Shown here: positions 55,205-64,000 of the stretch, piece by piece
How the letters are laid out: the number at the start of each line of letters is the position of its first letter
Position numbering within the stretch: the first letter of the stretch is position 1
NCBI GenBank assembly: GCA_016234855.1
Contig: JACRNO010000060.1
Span: 9,595-73,594, forward strand
Reading direction: 5' to 3'
DNA: 64,000 nucleotides
From: Deltaproteobacteria bacterium
GTDB lineage: Bacteria; Desulfobacterota; GWC2-55-46
Translations under genes and position numbers: made by a program
The notes under the pieces: generated by a model
Seen by the model: only the letters and a program-made list of their open reading frames with translations
Told to the model about the DNA's origin: nothing
The model's database searches: none

Positions 55205-56236
55205 TCAGATGCAGACCAACCCCTTGGGCGCTTTTGTTAATATCTCAAACCCGTCGGCAGTGACGAGCAGCATATCTTCTATCCTCACCCCGCCCCAGCC
55301 CGGTATATAGATACCGGGCTCGACGGTTATGACCATCCCCTCGGCGAGGACCTCCTTGCCGAAAGGGCCTATGCCGGGCCTCTCGTGTATCTCAAGACCC
55401 ACGCCGTGTCCCGTGCCGTGGCCGAAGTAAGCGCCGTAACCGGCCCCGTCGATATGCTCCCTTGCAACGCGGTCTATCTCCGCTGCGGCGACCCCGGGCC
55501 TTACCATCTCTATCGCGCGCATTTGCGCGTCCAAGACCGTTTGGTAGACCTCACGAACCCTGGCCGTCGCCCTTCCAATGCAATATGTGCGCGTACAGTC
55601 GGAATTGTATCCGTCAAATACCACGCCCATATCAACGACCACGAGTTCGCCATTTCTGATGCGCTTATCCGACGCCTTGCCGTGCGGCAGCGCGCCGCGC
55701 GGGCCTGAGGCCATTATGGTATCGAATGCCATGGCCTCGGCGCCGTCAGCCTTTGCCGCGGCCTCGACCGCCAAGGCGATATCACACTCCCTTGCCCCGG
55801 GCCTCAGCATACGCTCGACCACGCCGTAACAGCGGGTCAATATACGGACCGAGCGCCTTATGCGCTCGACCTCAAAAGGGTCTTTCTTCGAGCGCAACGC
55901 GTCCAAAAGCCCTGAGAAGGGTTTAAGCCTTACCCTGCCGAGCGCCTTCCGAAACCTGCCGCATGCGTCTACGGTCAGGTTGTCCGATTCAAAACCGATA
56001 AGACGCAGGCCATGCTCATCGGCAAGTTCCGCTATCGCCTCAAGCGGCTTTTTATATACCCTGATACCTGCGCCCTTTACCTCTGCGCGGGCCTGTGTAA
56101 CATATCTCGAATCCGTCAGGAACCAGTCCCGCTCGCGGCCGATAAGCAGATAGGCGCTGTCGCCTGTGAAACCACAGAGATAACGGATGTTCTTGATACC
56201 CGAGACGAGAAAACCGTCAAGGCCGCGCCGCGTCAT
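55205..56236 (-). CDS. M24-family Xaa-Pro aminopeptidase
   Basis: Pita-bread fold metal ligands (HGTGHGVGLEIHE) and N-terminal creatinase-like domain. This gene is commonly found near accB. Confidence 0.8.
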   Translation of the reverse strand: MTRRGLDGFLVSGIKNIRYLCGFTGDSAYLLIGRERDWFLTDSRYVTQARAEVKGAGIRVYKKPLEAIAELADEHGLRLIGFESDNLTVDACGRFRKALGRVRLKPFSGLLDALRSKKDPFEVERIRRSVRILTRCYGVVERMLRPGARECDIALAVEAAAKADGAEAMAFDTIMASGPRGALPHGKASDKRIRNGELVVVDMGVVFDGYNSDCTRTYCIGRATARVREVYQTVLDAQMRAIEMVRPGVAAAEIDRVAREHIDGAGYGAYFGHGTGHGVGLEIHERPGIGPFGKEVLAEGMVITVEPGIYIPGWGGVRIEDMLLVTADGFEILTKAPKGLVCI

Positions 56237-56283
56237 CTCGTTGCGAAAGGCCTTGCGTCTCCTGGCTATGCGGGGTTTGAGTA

Positions 56284-56649
56284 TTATACCAGAAGCTCCT
56301 TACGCACCTGATTGGCGGCCTTCCTGAGAAGATAGCGCGCGCGCCCGACGTTTGCCCCGCGCGCCACGGCAAGGGCGATAAAGTATTCGTCGCTGATGGT
56401 CCTGAGTATCACGTCGGTGCCGAGCGTCGTGACCACCACCTCTTCCACATGGCCGAGACTCAGAAGGCCTGATGCGTTTTTTATCTCGTCAAGCACCTTG
56501 CCGTACTCGATGCCCACGGTCTCCACGTCATATTCAAGGCTCTTGCCGACGTATTTGGCGACCGCCAGACCGTCTACCCCCATGATAGCGGTGGCTATCC
56601 CGTTACCACTTACATCTATAAGCTCTTTCAATATCCCCTGAAAAGACAT
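56284..56649 (-). CDS. Roadblock/LC7 domain protein (MglB-like)
   Basis: 121 aa, MSFQGILKELIDVSGNGIATAIMGVDGLAVA... fits the Roadblock/LC7 fold. AGGAGAAG SD before the ATG at 56649. Confidence 0.6.
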   Translation of the reverse strand: MSFQGILKELIDVSGNGIATAIMGVDGLAVAKYVGKSLEYDVETVGIEYGKVLDEIKNASGLLSLGHVEEVVVTTLGTDVILRTISDEYFIALAVARGANVGRARYLLRKAANQVRKELLV

Positions 56650-56731
56650 CTGGCTTCTCCTTTGCGGCAATGCGGCCGTCTACGCATGACGCGTCTGACC
56701 GGCCCGTGCGCGCCCCGCACGACAATCACAC

Positions 56732-56926
56732 TCAGGCCTTTTTCCTGCCCCGTTCAGCCAGGGCCTTCAATGTCCTGACCTTCTCCTCAAGGGCCGGATC
56801 GCCGGGGTGCGAATCCGAGAGTATCTTGTAGATGGTAAGGGCGTCTTCGCTATGCCCCTGCTTCTCGAATATCTCCGCCATGGTCTTTGTAAAAAAGATG
56901 TCGTCAGTCGCCTTTACCCCGCCCAC
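56732..56926 (-). CDS. Hypothetical small helical (TPR-like) protein
   Basis: 64-aa ORF with GTG start and GAGGT SD. Single helix-turn-helix TPR-like unit. Weak call. Confidence 0.3.
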   Translation of the reverse strand: MGGVKATDDIFFTKTMAEIFEKQGHSEDALTIYKILSDSHPGDPALEEKVRTLKALAERGRKKA

Positions 56927-57191
56927 GCCAATACCTCAATCTCTATAATGTGCCCATAAAAGCAGACTTGAAGGTCTGCGCTACGGCCAAGCACGATTTT
57001 CACCGATTACCTTAAAATTATTAAAGAATCAAGGCCAAGTCAAGGAGAAACTTGGGCCATAACCCTGGCGCGCCCGGCAGCCGCGCAAAAATACCGGAAC
57101 CGGCCTTAGCCCACCCGATACCCAGCCGTCCAAGCCCGGTGAAGAGTATATCATTAAACAAGAGAGTTAAAGAGAAAAATATCTCCCCTGC

Positions 57192-58280
57192 CTAAGACCG
57201 GCCTGACCTCATAAACCGGCGGTAAAAGCGGCTGATATCCCTCTCATCGACCTTTCGCATGACCACGCCTCCGATACCGGTAGACAGGATAAAACGGATG
57301 GCGCCTGAGGCAACCTTCTTATCGAGCCTGAGCGAGCGCATAACGACGCCAACCGGGATATCGCGCGCCCGGGCCGGCAGACCGCAGGCCTCCACAAGCG
57401 CGATAATACGGGCCGCGTCCGGCTCGGGGCACAGGCCGAGCTCTGCCGAAAACCCGGCAACCATGCACATGCCGACGGCGACGGCCTCACCGTGCAGATA
57501 ACGCCCGTACCCGGCGCCCGTCTCTATCGCATGGCCGAACGTATGGCCGAAGTTCAATATGGCGCGCAGTCCGCCCTCGCGCTCGTCAGCGGAAACGACC
57601 CCCGCCTTTATCCGGCACGAACGCTCTATGGCCTTTGCAAGCGGCCCGGAGCCTGGCGTAAGAAGGCGCTCGACGTTCGCCTCCAGATACGCAAAAAAAC
57701 CTTCGTCGACTATGACGCCGTATTTTATCACCTCGGCGAGGCCCGCGCGAAGTTGGCGCGGAGCGAGAGTCTTTAAGACAAGGGGGTCTATGAAGACGGC
57801 CTTCGGTTGATGAAAGGCGCCGATGAGGTTTTTGCCCCTTGGATGGTTTACACCGGTCTTTCCGCCGACAGAGCTGTCGACCTGCGCAAGCAGGGTGGTC
57901 GGCGCCTGAATATACGGCACCCCGCGCAGGAAGGTCGCCGCCGCAAACCCGGCCATGTCGCCGATTACACCGCCTCCAAGGGCCACCACGGGGCTCGTAC
58001 GCTCCATCCTGTGTCTGATAAGCCCGTCGTATATGCGCTGGGCGCACTCAAGCGTCTTATAGCCCTCGCCGTCAGGCAGGGTTATAACGAACGGGTCAAG
58101 ACCGGCCTCGCTCAAGGAAGCAATTACCGTCTGCGCATACAGAGCGCCTACGCGTCTGTTGGTCACGAGCGCGGCGCGGCCCTTAAGTCCGAGCTTCTTC
58201 AGATGAGCGCCGATAGTCCCGAGCGCGCCGTCCTTTATTATGATGGGATACGACCTGTCCCCGAGATCTACGTTTACCAT
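57192..58280 (-). CDS. aroB: 3-dehydroquinate synthase
   Basis: Glycine-rich NAD site GGGVIGDMAGFAA, the DSSVGGKTGVN motif and metal-binding His residues. Confidence 0.9.
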   Translation of the reverse strand: MVNVDLGDRSYPIIIKDGALGTIGAHLKKLGLKGRAALVTNRRVGALYAQTVIASLSEAGLDPFVITLPDGEGYKTLECAQRIYDGLIRHRMERTSPVVALGGGVIGDMAGFAAATFLRGVPYIQAPTTLLAQVDSSVGGKTGVNHPRGKNLIGAFHQPKAVFIDPLVLKTLAPRQLRAGLAEVIKYGVIVDEGFFAYLEANVERLLTPGSGPLAKAIERSCRIKAGVVSADEREGGLRAILNFGHTFGHAIETGAGYGRYLHGEAVAVGMCMVAGFSAELGLCPEPDAARIIALVEACGLPARARDIPVGVVMRSLRLDKKVASGAIRFILSTGIGGVVMRKVDERDISRFYRRFMRSGRS

Positions 58281-58299
58281 GCACACCCTGCCGGCACCT

Positions 58300-58470
58300 A
58301 AATGAAACTCTTATTAATTCCCAGGTCTGTCATTGCAAACTCAGAGCGCCTGTCTGGACTATACGGAGCGCATCTTTGCGCAGCTCAGGGCTTTAGCCCT
58401 GAATAGACGGCGCTGGACGCGGTATCAGGCCTGAAGGCCTGAGCTACACATATACGTCATTCCCGCTTAA
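58300..58470. repeat. Degenerate MITE-related mosaic (CTTATTAATTCCC end; GCGCAGCTCAGGGCTTTAGCCCTGA and CAGGCCTGAAGGCCTGAGCTAC modules)
   Basis: Shares hairpin modules with 31100-31200, 40385-40460 and 44210-44270. Confidence 0.4.
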
Positions 58471-58480
58471 ACAGAGCCTC

Positions 58481-59002
58481 CTAATTCAGCCCCCGCTCTT
58501 TCAAGAACCCCTTAATCCTTGCAACGACCTCAGCCATTGTCAAGCCGGTCGTATCGACGCTGAGATCGCAATCCCCGTAGGCCGAATCACGCTCGGCCAT
58601 CAGCCTCTCAATCGTATCGCGCCTCTTGGCGCCCGACAGAAGCGGCCTGGCCTCGGCCTTGCCGACCCTGTCGAGCATCTCGTCCACGGAGGCAGTCAGC
58701 AGAACGACCGTGCCCCAACGCCTGAGCGCGTCCCTGTTGGACTTTCTCAGCACGGCGCCGCCTCCAGTGGCAAGGACGCAGTTGGCGCCATACGCGCCGC
58801 TCACAACCTTTTCTATGGCCTCGGCCTCGAGCCTGCGAAACTCCGTTTCGCCGCCGGAGTTGAATATCTCCTTTATGCTTGCGCCTGAGGCCGTCTCGAT
58901 AATATCATCAAGGTCGAGGAACTCAAGCCCGCACTCCCGTGCAAGAATTTTACCGACCGACGACTTGCCAGTGCCCATGAAACCGGTAAGGATGATATTC
59001 AT
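58481..59002 (-). CDS. aroK: Shikimate kinase
   Basis: MNIILTGFMGTGKSSVGKILA (P-loop). About 173 aa. Start at the ATG at 59002. Confidence 0.9.
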   Translation of the reverse strand: MNIILTGFMGTGKSSVGKILARECGLEFLDLDDIIETASGASIKEIFNSGGETEFRRLEAEAIEKVVSGAYGANCVLATGGGAVLRKSNRDALRRWGTVVLLTASVDEMLDRVGKAEARPLLSGAKRRDTIERLMAERDSAYGDCDLSVDTTGLTMAEVVARIKGFLKERGLN

Positions 59003-59165
59003 TCGGAAAAGACCCATTTGAAAATCCCCACGACCCACGCCGCTTGGCGTGGGGACCCCGCCCCTTTTACAGGGGGGAGAAGGTTCAAGCCTCTTCCCTT
59101 TTAATCCCCCCTTTAGAAAGGGGGAGGTTCAGAGCCTTTCCTTTAACCCTCATCTTTTATGAAGT

Positions 59166-60365
59166 TCAGTATGCCGAGACCTGTTCGAGGTATCCCCTGT
59201 AATTCCTCGAAATCTCTTTCATCGAATCGCCCGCAAACTTATCGAGAAAGGCGGCCGCGGTCTCATAAGCCGCAACTGCCTCGGCAACCACTGCCGCGGC
59301 AGGCACCGCGCAGACGTCCGAGCGCTCGACGCTCGCTCGAAACGGCTCTTTAGAGCCTATATCGACCGAACGCAAGGGCTTATAGAGCGTCGGTATCGGC
59401 TTCATCACGGCGCGTATGACGAGCGGCTCGCCGTTCGACATCCCGCCCTCTATGCCGCCCGCGTTATTCGTCTTCCTGTAAAAGGCCGGAGATTGCGGCC
59501 ACCATAAGGCCCCGTGAGCAGCGGTCTTGCCATAGAATATCTCGTCGTGAACCTTTGAGCCGGGCAGGCTGCCGGCCCTGAAACCAACGCCCACCTCAAC
59601 GCCCTTGATAGCCTGTATGCTCATCATTGCAAGGGCGAACCTCGCGTCAAGCTTCCTGTCCCATTGGACGTGGCTGCCAAGTCCCGGGGGCACGCCCGTG
59701 ATAACGACTTCAAAGACGCCTCCGAGGCTGTCCCCGGCGGCCTTTGCCTTGTCAATGCGCGCCGTCATCTTTTTGGACGTCCCGGCATCCGGGCAGCGCA
59801 CCGGCGAGTCCTCGGCCGCTTCAAAAAAAGCCCCGGCATCCGCCTTTCCTTTCATAGACCACCTTACGCCGCCAATCTCCGTAACCCAGCTGAAGACCCT
59901 GATTCCGAAGGCGTCAAGGAGCCTTTTGGCAAAAGCGCCTACTGCCACCCTTGCGGCCGTCTCCCTTGCGCTCGAGCGCTCAAGTATGTTACGCAGGTCC
60001 CTGTGGCCATACTTCATGCCGCCGGGCAGGTCCGCATGACCGGGGCGCGGTCGCGTGACCATACGAGCGTCCTCAAGCACGTCGGGTATGGTAACGGCCA
60101 TCGCCTCAAGCCAGTTCTCCCAGTCCTTATTCCTTATGACGAGGGCAATCGGCGCGCCCGTGGTCTTGCCCCACCTGACGCCGGAGGTTATCTCAACGCG
60201 GTCGGTCTCGATTTTCATGCGGCCGCCGCGCCCGTACCCACCCTGGCGCCGCGCAAGATCGCGATTGACCGCCTGGGCGTCGATATCGAGACCCGCGGGC
60301 ATACCCTCGAGTATGGCCGTAAGCTCCCTGCCGTGTGATTCGCCTGATGTAAGGTATCTCAGCAT
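59166..60365 (-). CDS. aroC: Chorismate synthase
   Basis: [26 protein letters not shown]... is the canonical AroC N-terminus. 399 aa. Confidence 0.9.
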   Translation of the reverse strand: MLRYLTSGESHGRELTAILEGMPAGLDIDAQAVNRDLARRQGGYGRGGRMKIETDRVEITSGVRWGKTTGAPIALVIRNKDWENWLEAMAVTIPDVLEDARMVTRPRPGHADLPGGMKYGHRDLRNILERSSARETAARVAVGAFAKRLLDAFGIRVFSWVTEIGGVRWSMKGKADAGAFFEAAEDSPVRCPDAGTSKKMTARIDKAKAAGDSLGGVFEVVITGVPPGLGSHVQWDRKLDARFALAMMSIQAIKGVEVGVGFRAGSLPGSKVHDEIFYGKTAAHGALWWPQSPAFYRKTNNAGGIEGGMSNGEPLVIRAVMKPIPTLYKPLRSVDIGSKEPFRASVERSDVCAVPAAAVVAEAVAAYETAAAFLDKFAGDSMKEISRNYRGYLEQVSAY

Positions 60366-60395
60366 GTTTTTGATGTTTTTTTGAATAGTGTCAGG

Positions 60396-60690
60396 TTAAG
60401 GAAGCTCTGATTTATTCTGTCTTATTGTCATTCTGAAGGAGCGCAGCGACTGAAGAATCTCGTAACTTGTTGATTTGCCTATATACGAGATTCTTCGCGG
60501 AGTTTACCCTGAGCGAAAAACTGAGATTCTTCGCTTCGCTCAGAATGACATAGCGAAGGGCTCATAATGACATACGTTTGCAATTAATCAGAGCTTCCTT
60601 AACTCGAATTCGTCATTCCCGCGAACGCGGGAATCCAGAAATCACCAAGAGACTGGATTCCCGACTAAAGCATCGGGAATGACATTTATA
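60396..60690. mobile_element. MITE-like element copy 8 (composite: TIR-bounded unit 60396-60602 plus appended GTCATTCCCGCG...CGGGAATGACA module)
   Basis: TIRs TTAAGGAAGCTCTGATTTATTC and CAATTAATCAGAGCTTCCTTAA. The internal palindrome is duplicated/expanded. 60603-60690 carries the GGGAATCCAG...CTGGATTCCC module also seen at 30995-31090. Confidence 0.65.
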
Positions 60691-60756
60691 ATGTTTTTGG
60701 TAAAAAAAAGTGCATCCCTGACACAGGGATGCACTTTTTCTGACATTAATGCCGCA

Positions 60757-63585
60757 TCAGGCGGCCTTATCCTTGATTATCGTGGGAGTGATGAATATGA
60801 GGAGCTCCTTCTGATTATCCATGGTGTGTTTGTTCTTGAAGATCCAGCCGAGCAACGGGATATCCATCAGGTACGGGATGCCGCTCTCCGAATCATTCTT
60901 GTCGGATACGATGATGCCGCCGATAACCGTCGTCTCGCCGTCAAGGACCAAGACCTCTGTCGCGGCCTCTTTCTTGTTGATACTCGGAGCGCCGGACGAG
61001 GTCCTGAACGTGCCGATGGAGTTCCTCGACGCCTTGATCTTCATGAGCACGCTGCCGTCAGGCGTGATGTGCGGCGTGACGGTAAGGCTCAGGTTGGCGT
61101 CAATGAAGGTAGTCGCGGTGCCGCTTGCCGAGGTCGTCTCAAACGGGATGGACTCGCCCTGTTCTATCTTGGCTTCCTTGTTGTCAAGCGTAGTAACACG
61201 CGGACGCGATATCGTCTTCAACCGGCCCGACGCCTCGCCGGCCGAGAGACGAAGGTCCAGTATGAACGGGTTTGTGCCGTTCCTGCCCATAATAAAACCA
61301 AGCGCGCCGAGCGTATTGGTGGCTGGCAGGTTGACTGCATAGTTCGTTACGCCGGCATTAGTAGGCCATTCGGTCTTTACCGTATTCGGCACGCTGAGGT
61401 CGCCTGTTGTGGCGCCGTTCTGGCTGCTGAAATCAGTCTTGCCGCCGCCGTTAAGGTCGGCGGCTGTCTGACCATTCTGGGTAGTGCTGCCCATTGTGTT
61501 AGTACGCACGGAATCGCCAGCCAGCCTGTAGTCAAGCCCCCACTGTATGCCGAGGTCTCTCGTGAAGCTGGACTCGGCCTCCACGATGCGCGCCTCAATC
61601 TGCACCTGCGGTATCGCGTTATCAAGTTTGGCTATTAGTTTTTCAGCGTCCGCGATGCCCTGTTTGACATCCTTGATTATCAGCGTATTCGTCCTCTTCT
61701 CGCTCGTTACAGAGCCCCTGTCGCTGAGTACGGCCTTCACATGAGAGGAAAGGTCGGAGGCAGTGGCGAAGTTAACCGGGATAAACCTGATATCAAGCGG
61801 CTCGAGTTTCTCCTGCGCCTTTTTCGCTGCCAGCGCGGTGTCTTTCTCCTTGCGCAGCGTTGCCGTAGGCGCGACGCGGATGACGTTGCCAATCCTGGAT
61901 ACGCCAAGGTCCTTGCTCTTGAGCACGATATCGAAGACCTGGTCCCACGGGACGTTCTTAAGGCTCAGGGTAACCGTCCCCTTGACGTCGTCCGACGCTA
62001 TGATATTAAAGCTGCTGACCGTCGCCAAAAGCCTGAAGATATCATGTATATTGGCGTCAACCATGTCAATGTCTATCTTCTTGCCGGTAAATACCTTGGG
62101 CTTCTCGCCGGTCTCGGACTCTTCACCTGAATTTGACTCTATGCCCACGGTCACGTCGGGCTCCTGTTTCTTTTCGGCTTCAACGACCGCTGTATCTACA
62201 GACGCAGCAACCGCCGTCGTGAAATCCACGCTGACCGAGGTCTCAGACTCCGTAACCTCATATTTGGTCTTGCCAGCAAGCTTAACAAGGACACGCACGT
62301 CCTTGACCGGGGCCTCACTCTCCTGATAGGAACTCACGGCCAGTACAGGGGTATTTAATTTGGTAGCATCGAGCGTGCGTTTGAGATCATCCATGAGCGT
62401 TGCATTCATAAGGTCGAGCATAAGCGTCTTGCCGTCGGCAGACTCTTCAACCTTTATCTCCGTCTTGATAGACCTGACGACGGTCAACCTTCCGTTACCA
62501 TTAAGCTTTCTATAATCAACCAGCGTGACCTGCGCGCTGTCATCCTTTACCTTCTCGACGGGCACAGCCGCCGGCTCAACTGCTGGCGCAGGGGATACGG
62601 TCTGCTCCGGCGCCGCGGCCTTTGCCGCTACGGCAACGGCCGGCGCCGTGGCCGGAGCGGCCTGCTCAACCGCATTCGCGCCCATATTAAGAACAAGACC
62701 GGTCTCGGCTTTGGCTATGACGTATTTAGGCAGCTTCTTGTCGGAGGCATCCACAACAAGACGCACCTTGCCCTTGTGCGTGCCGACCCTCAGCGACTTG
62801 ACATACTTTTCATTCAGTTTAAAACTACTCTTACCGGTCATGTTCTTGATGCCCATGACGTCGATGACTATCCTCGCCGGGCTGTCAAGCGCGAACGCGT
62901 TATACTCGGCCGGCGCGCCGTTCATGGATATCGTAAGCACCGTATTGCCGGTTGCCGATGAAGAGCTTATGCCCGTGATGCCGGTTGCCGGCATTGCAGG
63001 CTCCTTTGCGACAGCCTCGACAGGCGCCGCGCCTTCCACCGGCGTGGCTACCTCTTCCGTATTAACGTCGGACGCCTTTGCGCTTGAAGCGGTCTCTTGC
63101 GGCTCGGAAGCGGGTTTTGAAAGGGTCACCAGGAGCATATTGGCTCCCGCCATAACCTTGTGGTCCACGCCCTCGTTCAACCCGAGCACCACGCGCCCGA
63201 TATTCATCCCCTCGGCCATGGGCTGCACGTTGACGTCCTTCACGAATTCATTCTTGACGTCTATGGGTGAGGAGATACGCGACATATCCACATTCGGCAT
63301 ATCTATTATAAGTCTCGGCGGATCATTCAGCTTGAAGACGGTATATTTAACGCTGCCGGTGGTGCTTATGATAACCCTTGTGCCGTCGCTGGAACCCCTT
63401 ACGCTCTCAACGGCGATTCTGTTATCGTCGGGCGTAGCCGCTGTCGCCTGATCAGCCTTGGCAGGCTGAGCATCTGCCGGCCCTTCGCTATCGGCCCCTA
63501 TCGTCGCACACCCCGTAAAAGCGAGAAAACCGCAAAGCGCAATACCGGCAAGAGCCGTTTTGTATCGGTTACCTGAGATATACAT
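60757..63585 (-). CDS. pilQ: Type IV pilus secretin PilQ with N-terminal AMIN domains and long Ala/Pro/Val-rich linkers
   Basis: Lipoprotein-like signal (ATG at 63585, GGAGG SD). Two AMIN-like beta domains, N0/N1 domains, and a C-terminal secretin domain (…VLVLDGETTVIGGI…SGIPYLMDIPLLGWIFKN…). Lies downstream of pilP. Confidence 0.85.
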   Translation of the reverse strand: MYISGNRYKTALAGIALCGFLAFTGCATIGADSEGPADAQPAKADQATAATPDDNRIAVESVRGSSDGTRVIISTTGSVKYTVFKLNDPPRLIIDMPNVDMSRISSPIDVKNEFVKDVNVQPMAEGMNIGRVVLGLNEGVDHKVMAGANMLLVTLSKPASEPQETASSAKASDVNTEEVATPVEGAAPVEAVAKEPAMPATGITGISSSSATGNTVLTISMNGAPAEYNAFALDSPARIVIDVMGIKNMTGKSSFKLNEKYVKSLRVGTHKGKVRLVVDASDKKLPKYVIAKAETGLVLNMGANAVEQAAPATAPAVAVAAKAAAPEQTVSPAPAVEPAAVPVEKVKDDSAQVTLVDYRKLNGNGRLTVVRSIKTEIKVEESADGKTLMLDLMNATLMDDLKRTLDATKLNTPVLAVSSYQESEAPVKDVRVLVKLAGKTKYEVTESETSVSVDFTTAVAASVDTAVVEAEKKQEPDVTVGIESNSGEESETGEKPKVFTGKKIDIDMVDANIHDIFRLLATVSSFNIIASDDVKGTVTLSLKNVPWDQVFDIVLKSKDLGVSRIGNVIRVAPTATLRKEKDTALAAKKAQEKLEPLDIRFIPVNFATASDLSSHVKAVLSDRGSVTSEKRTNTLIIKDVKQGIADAEKLIAKLDNAIPQVQIEARIVEAESSFTRDLGIQWGLDYRLAGDSVRTNTMGSTTQNGQTAADLNGGGKTDFSSQNGATTGDLSVPNTVKTEWPTNAGVTNYAVNLPATNTLGALGFIMGRNGTNPFILDLRLSAGEASGRLKTISRPRVTTLDNKEAKIEQGESIPFETTSASGTATTFIDANLSLTVTPHITPDGSVLMKIKASRNSIGTFRTSSGAPSINKKEAATEVLVLDGETTVIGGIIVSDKNDSESGIPYLMDIPLLGWIFKNKHTMDNQKELLIFITPTIIKDKAA

Positions 63586-63751
63586 AAAAAACCTCCATAG
63601 AATTGCGGATACTTCCACAAAGCTGAATCCGCCGGCCAATGTCGGATGTTAATTCCTTCTGGCTATATCGCGCATACAACCCTTCCTAAACATACACATC
63701 CGGACGTACGCGTCATAAACCGCCGCTGCCCGATTCGCAGCGCGAACGGGC

Positions 63752-64000
63752 TTACCGCGCCGGCTGGGCCGGCCTTTGGCTGCCGGACGACGGTCCCTTG
63801 CCCGGCGCTCCGCCAGGACGCGAACCGCCTTCCTGCTTTTCAGAGATACTCAATTCCACGTCATTGGTACTTGCCACATTGCCTTCGGCATCCTTAATAA
63901 TCTCTCTTACGGTTATGCCGGTCGTATCGATATGAACCACCTTTCCGCCATTAACGCCGACCTTGTCGCCAAGATGCACGATATATCTCTTGGCATCCGG
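63752..64000 (-). CDS. pilP: Type IV pilus assembly protein PilP, C-terminal part (runs off the right edge)
   Basis: The frame is open to the window end. Beta-rich C-terminal segment (GDKVGVNGGKVVHIDTTGITVRE) and Pro/Gly-rich tail immediately upstream of pilQ. The identity is inferred mainly from position. Confidence 0.55.
   Translation of the reverse strand, partial: PDAKRYIVHLGDKVGVNGGKVVHIDTTGITVREIIKDAEGNVASTNDVELSISEKQEGGSRPGGAPGKGPSSGSQRPAQPAR

Overview
The window is a 64 kb chromosomal segment with about 60% GC, probably from a Desulfobacterota/deltaproteobacterium-like organism. Its type IV pilus locus has the Geobacter-type layout pilB-pilT-pilC-pilS-pilR-pilA. Nearly all genes are on the minus strand. 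Gene content in window order:
- recA (N-terminus only), thpR, cinA and pgpA.
- The cell-shape operon mreB-mreC-mreD-mrdA-rodA.
- ppiD and proS on the plus strand.
- Two tandem type IVa pilin genes. The first (pilA) has a canonical sigma-54 promoter and an upstream palindromic enhancer-like site. Upstream of them lie pilR, pilS, pilC, pilT and pilB.
- A response regulator and a heme-motif sensor kinase, then pgsA, a lytic transglycosylase, nadB and an MCP.
- A hybrid REC-histidine kinase, a TPR lipoprotein, an Mla/MCE-like ABC transporter (mlaD, a degenerate mlaF, mlaE) and an outer-membrane beta-barrel.
- A five-gene cluster of secreted proteins and lipoproteins (CsgG-like, DUF799-like, LPP20-like domains, SLH-like/TPR). 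This is the best candidate for an undescribed outer-membrane secretion or assembly system.
- An M20 amidohydrolase, a two-subunit pyruvate carboxylase (pycA, pycB), cca and a TPR protein with acidic 19-aa tandem repeats.
- A lipoate-protein ligase-like gene, accC, accB, an M24 aminopeptidase and a roadblock/LC7 protein.
- aroB, aroK and aroC, then pilQ, and pilP truncated at the window edge.

Intergenic space is unusually rich in repeats. I see a MITE-like family with terminal inverted repeats TTAAGGAAC(C/T)TCTGATTAAT, with at least 8 copies, and a mosaic of shared internal palindromic modules. I also see 'stutter' hairpins built from short tandem units, GTCAGGAG-GAAA-CTCCTGAC hairpins including a 78-bp tandem pair, and GGGGAG/CTCCCC hairpins. 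I found no rRNA, tRNA or CRISPR. All calls are from reading the ORF translations and the sequence. No database searches were run.
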